A DNA stretch of 64,000 bases from Raja brachyura. Lineage: Eukaryota. Below the pieces are notes generated by a model. That model worked only from the letters and a program-made list of their open reading frames with translations. It was not told the origin of the DNA and did no database searches. The DNA lies in assembly GCA_963514005.1 (NCBI GenBank), contig OY740817.1, positions 4,464,001-4,528,000 on the forward strand, in the 5' to 3' direction. Within the stretch, counting starts at the first letter, position 1. Every line of letters begins with the position of its first letter. This document shows positions 12,230 through 23,974 of this stretch, in pieces. A program made the translations under genes and the position numbers.

Positions 12230-12840
12230 ACTTCACTGAACACTTGCACGCTGTCCATCAATGCCTGTAGTAAGGCTACGTAGAAACTGGAGGAACAGGG
12301 CCTCATATTCCACTTAGATCGTTTACAACCTAACAGTATGAACAGTGAATTATCCAACTTCCAAGTAATACCCCCCGCCCCGTTTCCTTCCTGTGTCATT
12401 GATCGCTATCTCGGTGTGTGCCCATTCTTTTCCCAACTCCCACCCACTCTCCTCGAGTTACCCTGCTTCTTCCCCTCCATCCTATACACTGCATCTATCT
12501 CGAAACCCACCACTTCCCTTTTTCTATCGCTCCCACCCTCGTCATTCCCATCCCAGATCCCCTTCAACCCACACCCCTCCCTCCAACTTTAAATTTTACT
12601 CCTCCTCCTGTCCTCATCTTACCCCAACATCTTTTCTCTCCTTTTGACCACTGTCACTTATTCCAGCCATCTGCCAATCAAACTCCCCTCACCTATACGC
12701 ACCGAACACTTGACAGGCTTTGTCCTGCCCTCACCTCTTTACCACCTTTTATCCCCTATTCCAATTAGTCTAAAAGGTCCAGAAGAGTCTTTTCCCTCCC
12801 CAAATGCTGCCTGACTTGCGGAGTTCCTCCAGCACTTCCT
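12230..12840 (+). mobile_element. Penelope-like element 3' part (GIY-YIG endonuclease C-terminus, pyrimidine-rich UTR, terminal repeat)
   Basis: RKLEEQGLIFHLDRLQPNSMNSELSNFQ resembles the Penelope endonuclease end; it is followed by a C/T-rich tract and tgctgcctgacttgcggagttcctccagca. Confidence 0.75.
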
Positions 12841-12936
12841 CCAAAGCAGAGTTCGTATTGAACAATGACATGGTGTAAAGAATGAGCCATTGTTTGCCAA
12901 TGATGTGGTACACATACAATAGAATTGGTCATATAC

Positions 12937-13106
12937 CTTCTCCAGTGTCTCTCGAATCTCGCCTCGAGCAGTGATCTTCACTTTTAAGGCTGCTTCATAT
13001 TCATCGCCAGAATATCGACACCGCTTCGATATACTACTGTCCATGTCTTCAGACTTGGACCTTTTTCGTGGCACTACTTCATCTACAATGACGGACAAGG
13101 AGTTTT
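12937..13106 (-). CDS. ATF7IP: ATF7IP exon (RKRSKSEDMD...KVKITARGEIRETLEK)
   Basis: Matches the ATF7IP KRSKSEDMD...QVKITAKGD segment. Acceptor aaatag| at 13107, donor AAG|gtatat at 12936; 170 nt, phase 1 to 0. Confidence 0.92.
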
Positions 13107-14460
13107 CTATTTTAAGTAACACCATTCAGTCTATCAAAGTTAAATTTTATTTGTAAGCCATTTTTCACAATCAGTGATCAGATAGTTATGGTCCATACGG
13201 TGAAGAATAAAAGGAATATCACTCACAATATTACTCTTTTCTAGATCTACGATTATGGTAAAATTGGTAGGAAAGGATGGCAAGTCACATGACCAATCTG
13301 CAGAACTGTACACTGCAAATATTGTCACTGTTCTAATTTTCTCTTCTGATTCTGCAACCAACTATTTTATTTTCTAATGTAAAAACCCACTTAATTTGCA
13401 GCTGTAACAGCCCTCTAAGAATTCAGTGCAGCACTTTTTGGAAACAAACTAAGTTTACTCACCTTGTGATATTTTCTAATCATTGCCTCTTATCCCAGCA
13501 CATATCCCTTCCATTTCATGCGAGAGATCATTAATAGAAAACTTGTATTTCATGGAAGTACTTTCAGAAGTACTAGAACTTACTCAAATCATCAGCAAGC
13601 TGACAGAGGGAAAATGATAGCTTCCCGAAAAGTTTGTTAAACGAACAAAGCTAGGGAAGACATATAAAAACCATAGACGGGTGACACAAGATGCACTTGT
13701 CCTTCATCACTTAAGCAGCTTTTGCTTATGGTAATCATTAAATAAAGAGAACAGGAAATGGAAGTTTTGACCTTGTATGGCGAGGGATACTATGCAGAAA
13801 TTAATTATGGCAGAAGGTATTTATGGACAGGGTATCACTAAATATACGCCAGTTGCTAAGAGTTGTTCCATACAACAATACTGTCATGTCACACCCTAAT
13901 GAGCACCAAAAAGAAAAAAATAGTAATGTCTGACGTTTCACCACCATCCTGTCCCTATAGTTCCTACAGAAACATGGTGCTTTTAACGGAAAGCATTGAC
14001 CGCAATTTGTTTTCTATTTGACTATTCAGCACAAGCTCTGAAAAAAATGTCCACACGATATGAAGAGTCCTCAATTGCCTAATACTGTAGCTCTCCCTGT
14101 ACTGTACTCTTCCTCCAATTGTGACATTTCTAGGCTACCAAATGTGTGCTACACTTGTCAAAATCGCAGCCACTTTAATTTCAGCAAAGGCAGATGTGGA
14201 ACAGTAGAATTAGTGCTACTGACAACAGCAACAATACTTATGACTAAATGGGAACTTTAATGAAAAGACTGTTTTGTACATGTTTCAAATGGGCTACAGT
14301 TACAGAACACAGTCCAATGCACCACCTTAAGTTACGATTAGGGATACTTTAATGAGGGAAAAATCTGGAAAATGCAATATAATTGTAAAACCAAAGATAT
14401 GATGGTATCTTCAATAATCGACTTTGTGAAACATTTGCATTAAATTTAAAAAACACTTAC

Positions 14461-14511
14461 TTGGTTCTTGCTTTTGTCTTGTGTCAACTGCTTGCTCTTT
14501 GTGGACTATAT
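14461..14511 (-). CDS. ATF7IP: Candidate 51-nt symmetric ATF7IP exon (DIVHKEQAVDTRQKQEP)
   Basis: Acceptor ttttgctttgtag|, donor |gtaagt; phase 1 to phase 1 and stop-free in the required frame. Confidence 0.7.
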
Positions 14512-15183
14512 CTACAAAGCAAAATGTCAAAGCGCCAAATGAGCCAGGGATTAATTATGTGCCACAAGCATTTAATTGAAATATTGCTGTTTTCACCCTC
14601 ATGGTTCAAATTTAACCATTACTGGGAATTTGGACGTTCTCCCTGTAAACTGTGTGGGTTTTCTCCAGATGCACCCACATTCCAATAACAAAGTCAAATG
14701 GTCTGAAACAACTCACTTTGTTGGCCCTGATACCATTAATTAATATCAGAACAAAATAGCCATCAACTTTAATTAACCTGTAACTTATTTTCCATTGCCT
14801 ATCCCAGCTACACGGAAGAATTGACGGTCTGTCTTAAGCTACCTGGGTCACACTCTAGGGGGGCAAAAGAACAAACCTGAATACCTCATTGCCCAAACCC
14901 TCCCTAAACAGCTCTCTGACCAAGTTTTTGACCTACTCACCAAATCCTCTGGTTAAAATCCATTTTTTCAAAATCTGATTACATGCTTTTGAAGCACCTT
15001 CAGATTTCCTTATAATATTTAAAGGGTTTATACAAATGCTTTCACAACACCTTCACAATTATATCATTTCTCAGGCTATTTTTAAAAATCCTCATTTATG
15101 CTACAGGGTTTTGTCCATGTCCATTATCAATAGTCATAATTTGATATTACGTGAAAATGTTTTGAACCCTTCAAAAGGAAGGC

Positions 15184-15184
<1 letters not shown>

Positions 15185-15220
<36 letters not shown>

Positions 15221-15265
15221 ATATATATAGTGTATATATATATGTATGTGTATATATGTATGTGT
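15185..15265. repeat. Compound (TA)n/(TG)n microsatellite
   Basis: Directly visible in the sequence. Confidence 0.95.
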
Positions 15266-15470
15266 TTTACACATTGTGCAAGTAGCAAGTTCTTTTTGTT
15301 GAACTTCAGCAACAAGCTCGAAGGCAAGAGTTTATAACAATCTCTGTCCTAACAATCTATACCATCACGATACAAAACCCAGAATTTTTCCACGTTTATA
15401 CCGTTAGACAAATTATGATGAATCACACCCATTAGGAGAAAGAACAAAAATCCTACTTAAAAAAAAAATA

Positions 15471-15934
15471 CAGGTCAATCACTGATTTTCTGGAAACTGG
15501 TGGTCCGGCAATTGGTGGTCCACCCCAGAAGTACCCCGGAAAATATGGCTCCTAAGCAGAGTGAGCAGATCGATCTCTACTTCATCGGGACTGCCACATA
15601 CTTCAGTGGGTCAAATTTGCCCCCTGCTGCCTGTGTTCTGGAACTGCAGCCTGGTTAGAGCAGGCAGACCCACCCCCATAGCCGACTTCCACAGCTGATC
15701 GGCTGCTTGTATTTGTCCCCTGCTGCCAGGGCTCTGGAACTGCAGCCTGGCCGGAGCCGGAAAATCCATTCCCATAATTGACGCTGCAGGAAGATATCTG
15801 CGCCTCTTCGCAGCCTAGACGGACCATTCCGGTTCCGTTGGACTCCTTTCAGGGGACCTCTTTTGGTTCAGCAAAACAGATAATTCAGAAAGGTTCTGGA
15901 ACCAAGGGTGCGGGAAAAACCAATGGTCGACCTG
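15471..15934. mobile_element. Tc1/pogo(Tigger)-type MITE
   Basis: TA|caggtcaatcactgattttc ... gaaaaaccaatggtcgacctg|TA; imperfect TIRs, plus an internal ~45-bp direct repeat at about 15617 and 15712. Confidence 0.7.
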
Positions 15935-15989
15935 TACATACATTGAGCAAGTGGTAAGTAGTATAAGTGTCCAACTCGGCAATTCTTTG

Positions 15990-16200
15990 GTCGATTGCCG
16001 GCATCATTGACTGGCATATCAGGTCACATAAAATTTGCGGCGTGATGCGGCGGTGACGATGTATTACGCACGGTGTTTTTTTAAGTGTCGCAACATTTTT
16101 TTTGGTGCCGCTAGATTTTGAAATGTTCAAAATCTTTTGACGACACTGATATGACACCGACAGTCGCCTAAAAAATAAAATCGGCAAGTGAGACAGGCCC
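15990..16200. mobile_element. Harbinger-like MITE, right part
   Basis: Ends aagtgagacaggccc; CpG-rich, with an internal ttttgaaatgttcaaaa palindrome. Confidence 0.65.
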
Positions 16201-16296
16201 TAGATGAAAGTGTAACTAGCCTCTTAAAACTTCAAACTGCACCCAAATTTATTGAGCAAGACTGCACAAGATAATAATGACAATAATAAGTCATAC

Positions 16297-17392
16297 CTGG
16301 ACTATCATTTTTTGGTACCAGCTCTTCACTTTCTCTTTGTATCTCAATTACTGGCTCATCCTCATCTGATAAGACAAGAAATGCCTCTTCCGGCAAGCTG
16401 CCATTACATTCCTCTTTTGTTGGAGAACTATTGAGAAAAGTGTCCATTTGTTCTTCTTGCACTGAAATGTCCTTTGGTGTTGGGGATTCCACTTCAGGAA
16501 CATCTTCTTGCTTGTTGGATGATTCACTGTCCTTCTCTGGGGCCAATTTCTCTAAAATAGGAATTATTTCTTCGATTTCCAGTACGCAATTCCCAAATGA
16601 TCTGCACTCACCTGCTGTGTCTTTTGCTGCATTTTCACTCTCTGCACACTCCATCTTAGAGCTTTCACAATCATTTTTCTCCTGCACAGATTCTATGCTA
16701 CTTGATATAGCCTCTTCACTAATATCCATTGAACTTTCATGGTCTTCCTTTTCTCTCACAGAGGAAGAAGGAGACTTTAACTTAAGGCTATTTTCATCTG
16801 GTACATCATCGTGATCCCTGTTTTCGTCCATAGAAGGTGGTTTCCCTTCTAGTAAAAGGCTCTTGGGTTCAGTACATGATTTAACTGTAATTGGAGAATC
16901 TTCCTTCAGCACAACAATCTCTGAATTCACTGCAACATCTCCTGTGCTCTCATTATCCATTAAATCTTGGTTTTCTGCATTCTCAGTAGACGCCTGTTCA
17001 TCTTCAGCAGCCGGGCGGGTTGAGTCATTTTTTTCATCTTGGGGTCTCAAATCCTTATCATCATTTGGACATTTTTCAGCAGGACTCAGTTCAGGTGTTT
17101 GTGCAACACCAAGTTCATCAATGGAGTTGCCCTGTAGTTCCTCTGGACCTAGCCTCACATCATTAATGCTATCAATGTCTGTATCATCCATGCAGTTGGT
17201 ATTTAGAGATATTTTGCTGTCAGAATCTCCATTTTCATGTCTACCATTACACAATTTAGTTTTGTTTTCGTCATTTGATTTTAAAAGCTCCTCTTTGCTT
17301 TTATAGACGACTTCTAATTGTTGACGGTCACTTGTGCGCATGGTTTTTCTGGCCTTGAAAACTTTTCTTGGAAGCTCTTCATTGGTATCCAT
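16297..17392 (-). CDS. ATF7IP: ATF7IP/MCAF1 first coding exon (N-terminus and acidic low-complexity region); the exon starts at 17402 with 10 nt of 5'UTR
   Basis: MDTNEELPRKVFKARKTMRTSDRQQLEVVYKSKEELLK...NGRHENGD matches the vertebrate ATF7IP N-terminus; IPILEKLAP and EAFLVLSDEDE motifs are also present. Acceptor ttcctttctttttag|G at 17403; donor CCAG|gtatga at 16296; phase 1. Confidence 0.95.
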
Positions 17393-17917
17393 CTCAGAAT
17401 GCCTAAAAAGAAAGGAAGAAACTGTCAGCAGTGACTTGTTGACTCAACCAGCCAGACTATAAAGTCAGTGACTGCTGAGTATTTCATAACTTTTGATAAG
17501 GAAATATTTTCAGATGATTTATACTTATAATGACTTTCCCATGCAATTTTTTAGTATATGTAATAAATTTAGTTGAGCTACTTTTGAAAATATTAAAGAA
17601 CCTTTACCTAATTAACCAAGCAGTAAAATGAATAAATTATAATATACCAATTCAGAGCCTATTATGTACAATGTTAATCTAACAGCTAAAGACCATTGTC
17701 ATGAAATATTGATGTTTTCTTTCTGCAGATGCTACTCAACTTATTGAACATTTCTAGCATTTTCTTTATTTACATTAAAAAATTGACAAACGTTGGCCAA
17801 AATTATGCCATCAATCATAATAATACTTTATTAGCCAAGTATGTTTTGCAACATATGAGGAATTTCATTTGCCATACAGTTATACTAATAAAAAGCATCA
17901 GAAAGCACAAAATACAT

Positions 17918-18058
17918 TTTAACATAAACATCCACCAGTGACTCCTCCACATTCCTCACTATGATGGAAGGCCAAAATAAGTTAAATCTCTTCCCTTCTT
18001 TGTCCTCCCACGGTTGAGGGGCCTCGAGCCTTCCGTTGACGGGACGATCTTGGCTCCA
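17918..18058 (-). mobile_element. 3' fragment of the GC-rich retroposon family
   Basis: The reverse complement resembles 54130-54220 (agggaagagatttaacttatt...tgaggaatgtggag...ggtggatgtttatgttaa). Confidence 0.65.
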
Positions 18059-21000
18059 TAGATGGTTAACCCTGTGGCACACCACTAGTCACAGGCCTCC
18101 ATTCTGAGAAACAACCTTCCATGTAGCCAATTTGCTATCCATTTAGTTATCTCTCCTTTGATCCCAGGATTCTAACCTTCCAGAGCAGCCTGCCATGTGG
18201 CACGTTGTCCAACGCCATACTAACGTCCATGTGCACAATATCTACAGCTCTGCCTTCATCAACCTTTTTGCTCATGTCTTCAAAAATTATTTCACTAGGT
18301 CATTTATGAAATCAGAAACAGCAATGGCCCCAAAAGCCAGTTGTGAAGTTTTTATTTTCAGTTTTTTTGCAGACTCAAGGGGTTTACCTGGAGTTAGTAA
18401 CATTTCATGCAGAACTTCATTAGACCCCTTTTGATAGTCTAGGCACAATGTCATAGGATTTCCCGTAAACCACTGTAGGTATCAGCTTCTCAGACACTGA
18501 GAAGAGGATTATCTTCTTTGAAATGTGTGCTACTGCTGTGTACAATAATTGGTTATTTCTCTTAGGAAGGTTTACCCAAACTAGATCAAAAATCTAGGAA
18601 GCAAAATTAGCAGATAAATCACTGTACACCAACAGGGAGAAGCAACAAGATATTAAAATTGTAGATAGTTAGCATGCCAAGTTCTGCTTCTCAAATTTTT
18701 GAACAAAAAGGCAACACCACTCCAGATGTTAAATACAACAGCTACAAAGAGACTCAAGCTGCATTCCTTTTTTTGACAATTCCAAATTTGCCAGTCTATT
18801 TACCAAACCTATTCCATACCAATAACACGAATTATCTGATAAATCAACAAAGAATCTCTTTCACGATCTACTATGCATTTTGATGGATTTTTTAAACTCC
18901 GATAACCCAGATGAGAGAATGCTGGCTATCACAAAGAGATGACATATATAATCAAAAGTGTATTTAAGTTTTAGCAAAGTTCAATTGTCTTGGGCAACGG
19001 TTCCTGTTTCACAAATCACCAGACGTATAATACAAACTGAAAGCCTTGAGAGCTTTTTAATTTGCTGTTAATTAAAGACACTAAAAACGTACATTTTTAA
19101 TCTAGACTGAGATATTGACCCCTAAAATTATATTTTCTCTCACAATCAGAAAAGTTTAGAATGTATTAATGGGAAGTGGTATATCCTAATTATACATTTT
19201 AAATATGCACCAAGGAGATGGGAAATAATGTTTTGTAAGAAAGTAGTATCAGAGGCTTCTCGTGTGCCAATCTCGTGATCCATGGCTCTCCTTTCTCTTG
19301 TGCAGAAATCATAGTGAATCTGGTAAATTTATTTTGTCGTGGTCACCACTTGTATGAGATCTGGACATCTAAAAAAATGCTGCAAAATGGCAGTTCATCC
19401 CAATATAAAAGTAAAAATAGCCAATGATGCTACAGATTTTAAATGGATTTTTAAAACAATGTTTGCAGTCTCTTTGTATGCTGGACATTTTTTTTTAAAT
19501 CACTGATCAATTTCACCATTTTGCAACAAGCAAAATTCCAAAAGGGGTTTTAATTTTAATGATGTCTCAAAGAGGTATATTTCCGTTAGGAAAATACCGA
19601 CTCCTCAGTTTAAATGCCATGATTTAGGATCAAATAATTAGTTGTATCAAATAAATGTCTAGATTTCTCCCCACAACTCACTTAACAATTTCAGATTGAT
19701 AAATTCACAAATTTCTCAACATTGAATTTGATTGCTGGTCACGCCAAGACCTCATTAGTCACTTAATTCATGCCTGAACTGCCCTGGATTAATTTTTTCT
19801 TCTATTCGTACTATAAACTTTGTACACTTGAACTGCTCAACATCCTACAAACAACTTAATCCCTCCTCTAGTCTCCCATGAGAAAAAAGATGGATGGAAT
19901 TCTATCCACTTTATTTCTTACGGGCACAATGCATTCAGTGTTCAGTTTGGGATCTTTGTTTTTCCCCCAACAGGTGAAACAGTCAAATAAATTGCTAATA
20001 AACATTTTAAATAAAATCATTTTGAATAACTGAGCAAAATAATGTACAACATATAGAGCTGCTTTAGAGTTCAGCAGAGGCCTTTCTTGACTGAAATCCC
20101 ATTAAACACATGGAACCTCACTTTCTGGGTATATTATTACCTTTCTGAGAGAGTGTAGATAAGGGATTGTGGTAGGAGGGTGAATATTTGATTTCAACAT
20201 TAAAGTGATCTCAAAATTCAGCTGAGCCACATAAGCTGCAATTCTGGGATGAAAAGAAAATTCACAATAGGGCTTAGCTATTAAAAGGAAACTAGAATGT
20301 ATGCTGTGAAAACTACAGCCAAATTCTATTTTGAAAATCAGTTCATTTTCCCTTTATAAGTGTTAACAAATCCCGTAGTCATTACATTCTTTTAAGAGCC
20401 ACCCCTCATTATGACAGCAGAGGGCACTCTTGCTCACCCTTTAATAAATAGTTATTTGGCAAAGAGAATGCAAGCAAGAGTGCGGAGCTAATTTCATTTT
20501 TCAAAATAGCTAGAACCATTTAGGCAATAATCATGTTTCAATGCACATATCTGACTTATTGTTTAATTCAATAAACAAATCTTCTCCTTGCAACAGCTAG
20601 CACACATATACTTTTAAAATGTAACATTACTTGTCACTTCAAACTGCTTATTACAAATAAACTAATCCCTACTTGTTTTACGCTGTCAATTCTACTAAGA
20701 AAACTCATCCAATCAGCACGTTAAAGCCTTTTAAAAAGTGCATTTTCATCCATATTATAAAATGTGCTTGTGCATTCTATTTGGTGGACCTCAATCCCAA
20801 ATCTTTCTTGGTAATGAGTGGTGCAACATTGCAGGACTTGCAACAGCTCTTTCAAGATGAGTGCCATCACATTAGCGGCTGCCACCTTTTTGAAACCTTA
20901 AATATTGAACTAATGCTGTATCAATAGAAGTATTGTCTTGTTAAGTAGATAATATGGACACTCATTTGCATATGCTTGGTACTTGAGCAAACAGAAAACA

Positions 21001-21969
21001 AACTCCATTTTGTCCTTACAGAGATCCAATGACATCCTCCATCTGTAATTTCCATAACATTAACATTCCTTTCATGGAGGTCTTGTTGCACTGAAAACAA
21101 ATATTACCTTAGCTTTGACCTAGTTGCCACGTATTCTGTCATCCTGACCTTGTGATTAGGAGAGGAAATGGAAACATTTAACAGTGATCGTCCAATTTGC
21201 CCATAAGCACAGGTGTGGCTTTTCCACAGTAGACAAGATCTATCTTCTGGCCTGTTTACAGTAATAATGCAGCAATCAACAGCAATACATGCAATTTACC
21301 TTGTCGCCCAACAGCAAAATATCAGGGATACTGGAAATTTAATCTGTGTTTTCATGCAAATTAATTGTAGAGAATTTTAATGGACAGAGATGGGTGGGAG
21401 AATTTCCACTTGGCTGGGATTGAAATCCATGTTAGATCAAATTTACATACCATTTTATTTTTTCGGTTTTAGATTACAAAATTCAGACAAAATAAGATTC
21501 TTCATTCACTGGTTACTGATCAAATGCTCAAAGTAAAAAGTTAATGCAACGCATTTGAATCAGTTCTTTTTTAAATCCTGCGTCACTCAGTAAATAACGA
21601 ATCAGGATGCCTAATTAAAGTGAAACAATAGTTTTGAAAAACCCCCCACCCGTTTGCAGAAGAGGAATAACTCCAGGGACATTGGCTGCATGTAATCATG
21701 CTGCTAATCTCCCGCGAGATTTATCAAATGATCACATTGTTAGGCAATATCCTGTTTTCGCAGTTTGCAACATTGTTCCGCCTATTCAATATTAATGAAA
21801 AATGCAACCAACATTTGATTCCAATCCAATCTGATTTGCCCATCCCATAAAGCACCATGAGTGCTCCACTTTCAGACCGGCAGCTGCACTGAAACATGGT
21901 TCAATGGATAAACAATTGCTGTCCCAATCCTTTGTTGCATTTGATAAACTGTTAATTATTCAAAAATGA

Positions 21970-22060
21970 GACACAAAAAGCTGGAGTAACTCAGCGGGTC
22001 AGACAGCATCTTTGGAGAAAAGGAATAGGTGACGTTTCGGGTCGAGACTCTTCGTCAGAC
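21970..22060 (-). mobile_element. Penelope-derived mini-element with a hammerhead-like core
   Basis: Minus strand reads CTGACGA-AGAGTCTCGACCC-GAAACGTC-acctattcc...tgctgtctgacccgctgagttactccagc. Confidence 0.75.
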
Positions 22061-22302
22061 AACTTGTCCAATGTAACCAAACACGGCTTTATTTTTAAGC
22101 TTGGAAAATTCTGGTATGTCAAGAATTCCTGATTGTGTACATAATCTTTCAAATAAACCTGCAAAAAAAATTGTCATTAATTATTTTTTTTAATTTCTGC
22201 AATACAGAAAACAAGTGTAAAAATATACTGGACATACCCATGAGGCAGCCCTTGCAGCCATTTTGTAACCCAGTCTCAGCAACGGCAGAAAAAAGACCTC
22301 AC

Positions 22303-22480
22303 CTTCCTTGAAGTCAGAGCACTGGGAGGGGAGTGGGGGATGGGCGAGGGTGAAATAGCTTCAGCCCGATAGGCCTGTATAATCAGATCCAGAACTACCA
22401 ATAAAGAGCTGCTCAGAGCAGCTGAGCAATCAGCAGCCAGCACTGTAAATTCCACCCGGCAACAGATGGGGGGAGGGGGG
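22303..22480 (-). other. Candidate non-coding (alternative first) exon of ATF7IP
   Basis: Strong donor GAAG|gtgagg at 22302 in relatively GC-rich non-repeat sequence. Octamer ATGCAAAT at about 22583; YY1-like AAAATGGCTGC at about 22254-22264. The 5' boundary is unknown. Confidence 0.45.
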
Positions 22481-23280
22481 GCAAGGGAGGTGATTGTATG
22501 GCAATAATTGAAAGGAGTGGGGAAAAACAGATAGCTGAAAAGTAAAGGCAATTATCAGAAGACAATGGGCTTCTGTAAATTATGCAAATTGACTCCTTTA
22601 AATATACACAAATGAGGTTGATAAAAAAAACCTTCCTGTCCTCTTAAAAGGTTTACATGAATGCGCTTTTGTCCACTGCAGTAGAAAATGCTTCATTAAT
22701 CAATTATCTTTATGCGGGGAAGAACTGCATATCTATGCATGGGTACTCGTACTGTATGCGACAACTCTCACACTACCTTAAAATCTTCCCACGTAACAGC
22801 TTTAGGGTCTTTAAACATGACACAAGGCAGACCGTATTTGCAGAGGCTGCAGCTGATATCGCATCAGGGTTACACAGTATCATCGTGATTATACAGCTGA
22901 ATGAATGCAGGATGCAATTCAAAACACATCTGCCTCAAATACACAGCCTCTTCTCATTGCCACCCACAAATACATTAAAGATTATAGTTCTATATCCGTG
23001 CATGGGGCTGGAAAGAGAAAAAGAGGGTAGCATCATGGTTATGGAATGTTTAACAAAATAATTTATAATATAGCAACCATCCGTCACCCTCCGTCAAAAT
23101 AAAAAAGACGGCTAAAATCAGAACAATTTTTAAAAGGCATTCACTCTTTATTTGGGTGCTTCAAGTCACTCAATATGCAGCTATCAAAAGGTGATAAGCA
23201 TTCTTCTGCACATAACGACAAAGTTAATGCATTGGTCATTCCCTACATTAAAAATTACTGAAAAAAGGTTACTAAGTTAA

Positions 23281-23615
23281 AGGGCATGTCCCACTATACG
23301 AGTTTACCCAAGAGCTCTCCCGAGTTTAAAAAAAATCAAACTCGTGGTAAGAACGTAGAATGTACGTAGCTCGGTATGTCGGAGCTCGGTACGTCTCTTA
23401 GCGGCTCGTAACACTAACAGCAGGTACTCGGGCAATGCGGTAAGTTTGTGAAGTTTTTTCAACATGTTGAAAAATGGCAACATGTTTGAACATGTTGAAA
23501 AATGTCCACGAGAGCCCCGAGTACTTACGAGTGGCTATTACCGTAATTCTCTGAGTTCGAATCAGGGGAAACTCGGGAGAACTCTTGAATTACCTCGTAC
23601 AGTGGGACAGGCCCT
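23281..23615. mobile_element. Complete PIF/Harbinger-like MITE
   Basis: About 45-bp TIRs agggcatgtcccactatacgag...ctcccgagttt and aaactcgggag...ctcgtacagtgggacaggccct, with TAA flanks. Confidence 0.9.
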
Positions 23616-23734
23616 TAAGTGAGTGTGCTTGTTATAAATCTCATGGCATTTGTTTTTTTTTGCAGTATCAAGGAAAGGCAGGCTGTTCTGAAAACATTAG
23701 CCAATATTTATGGAAACTATCTAATTAACTAGTA

Positions 23735-23862
23735 AACACAAGATGCTGGAATAACTCAGCGGATAGGCAACATCCATGGAGAAAAGGAACAGGTAGCGTT
23801 TCGGGTCAAGACCCTCTTCAGACTATCTTCGGTGTAAACTAGCATCTGCAGTTCCTTCTTAC
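23735..23862 (-). mobile_element. Penelope-derived mini-element
   Basis: Minus strand CTGAAGA-GGGTCTTGACCC-GAAACG, followed on the plus strand by agcatctgcagttcctt; aattaactag occurs on both flanks (about 23723 and 23864). Confidence 0.7.
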
Positions 23863-23974
23863 CAATTAACTAGATTCGCAGAAGTATTAAAATATCAGGC
23901 AGCCAAAAAACTAAATCAAATAGCACTCTGATTTTTTATAATTTCTGGAGTGCACTGAAATTCAGATTAAATTA

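Noticed and set aside
16431-17306. Plus-strand Ser-rich ORFs
   Set aside because: These are antisense shadows of the acidic ATF7IP exon.
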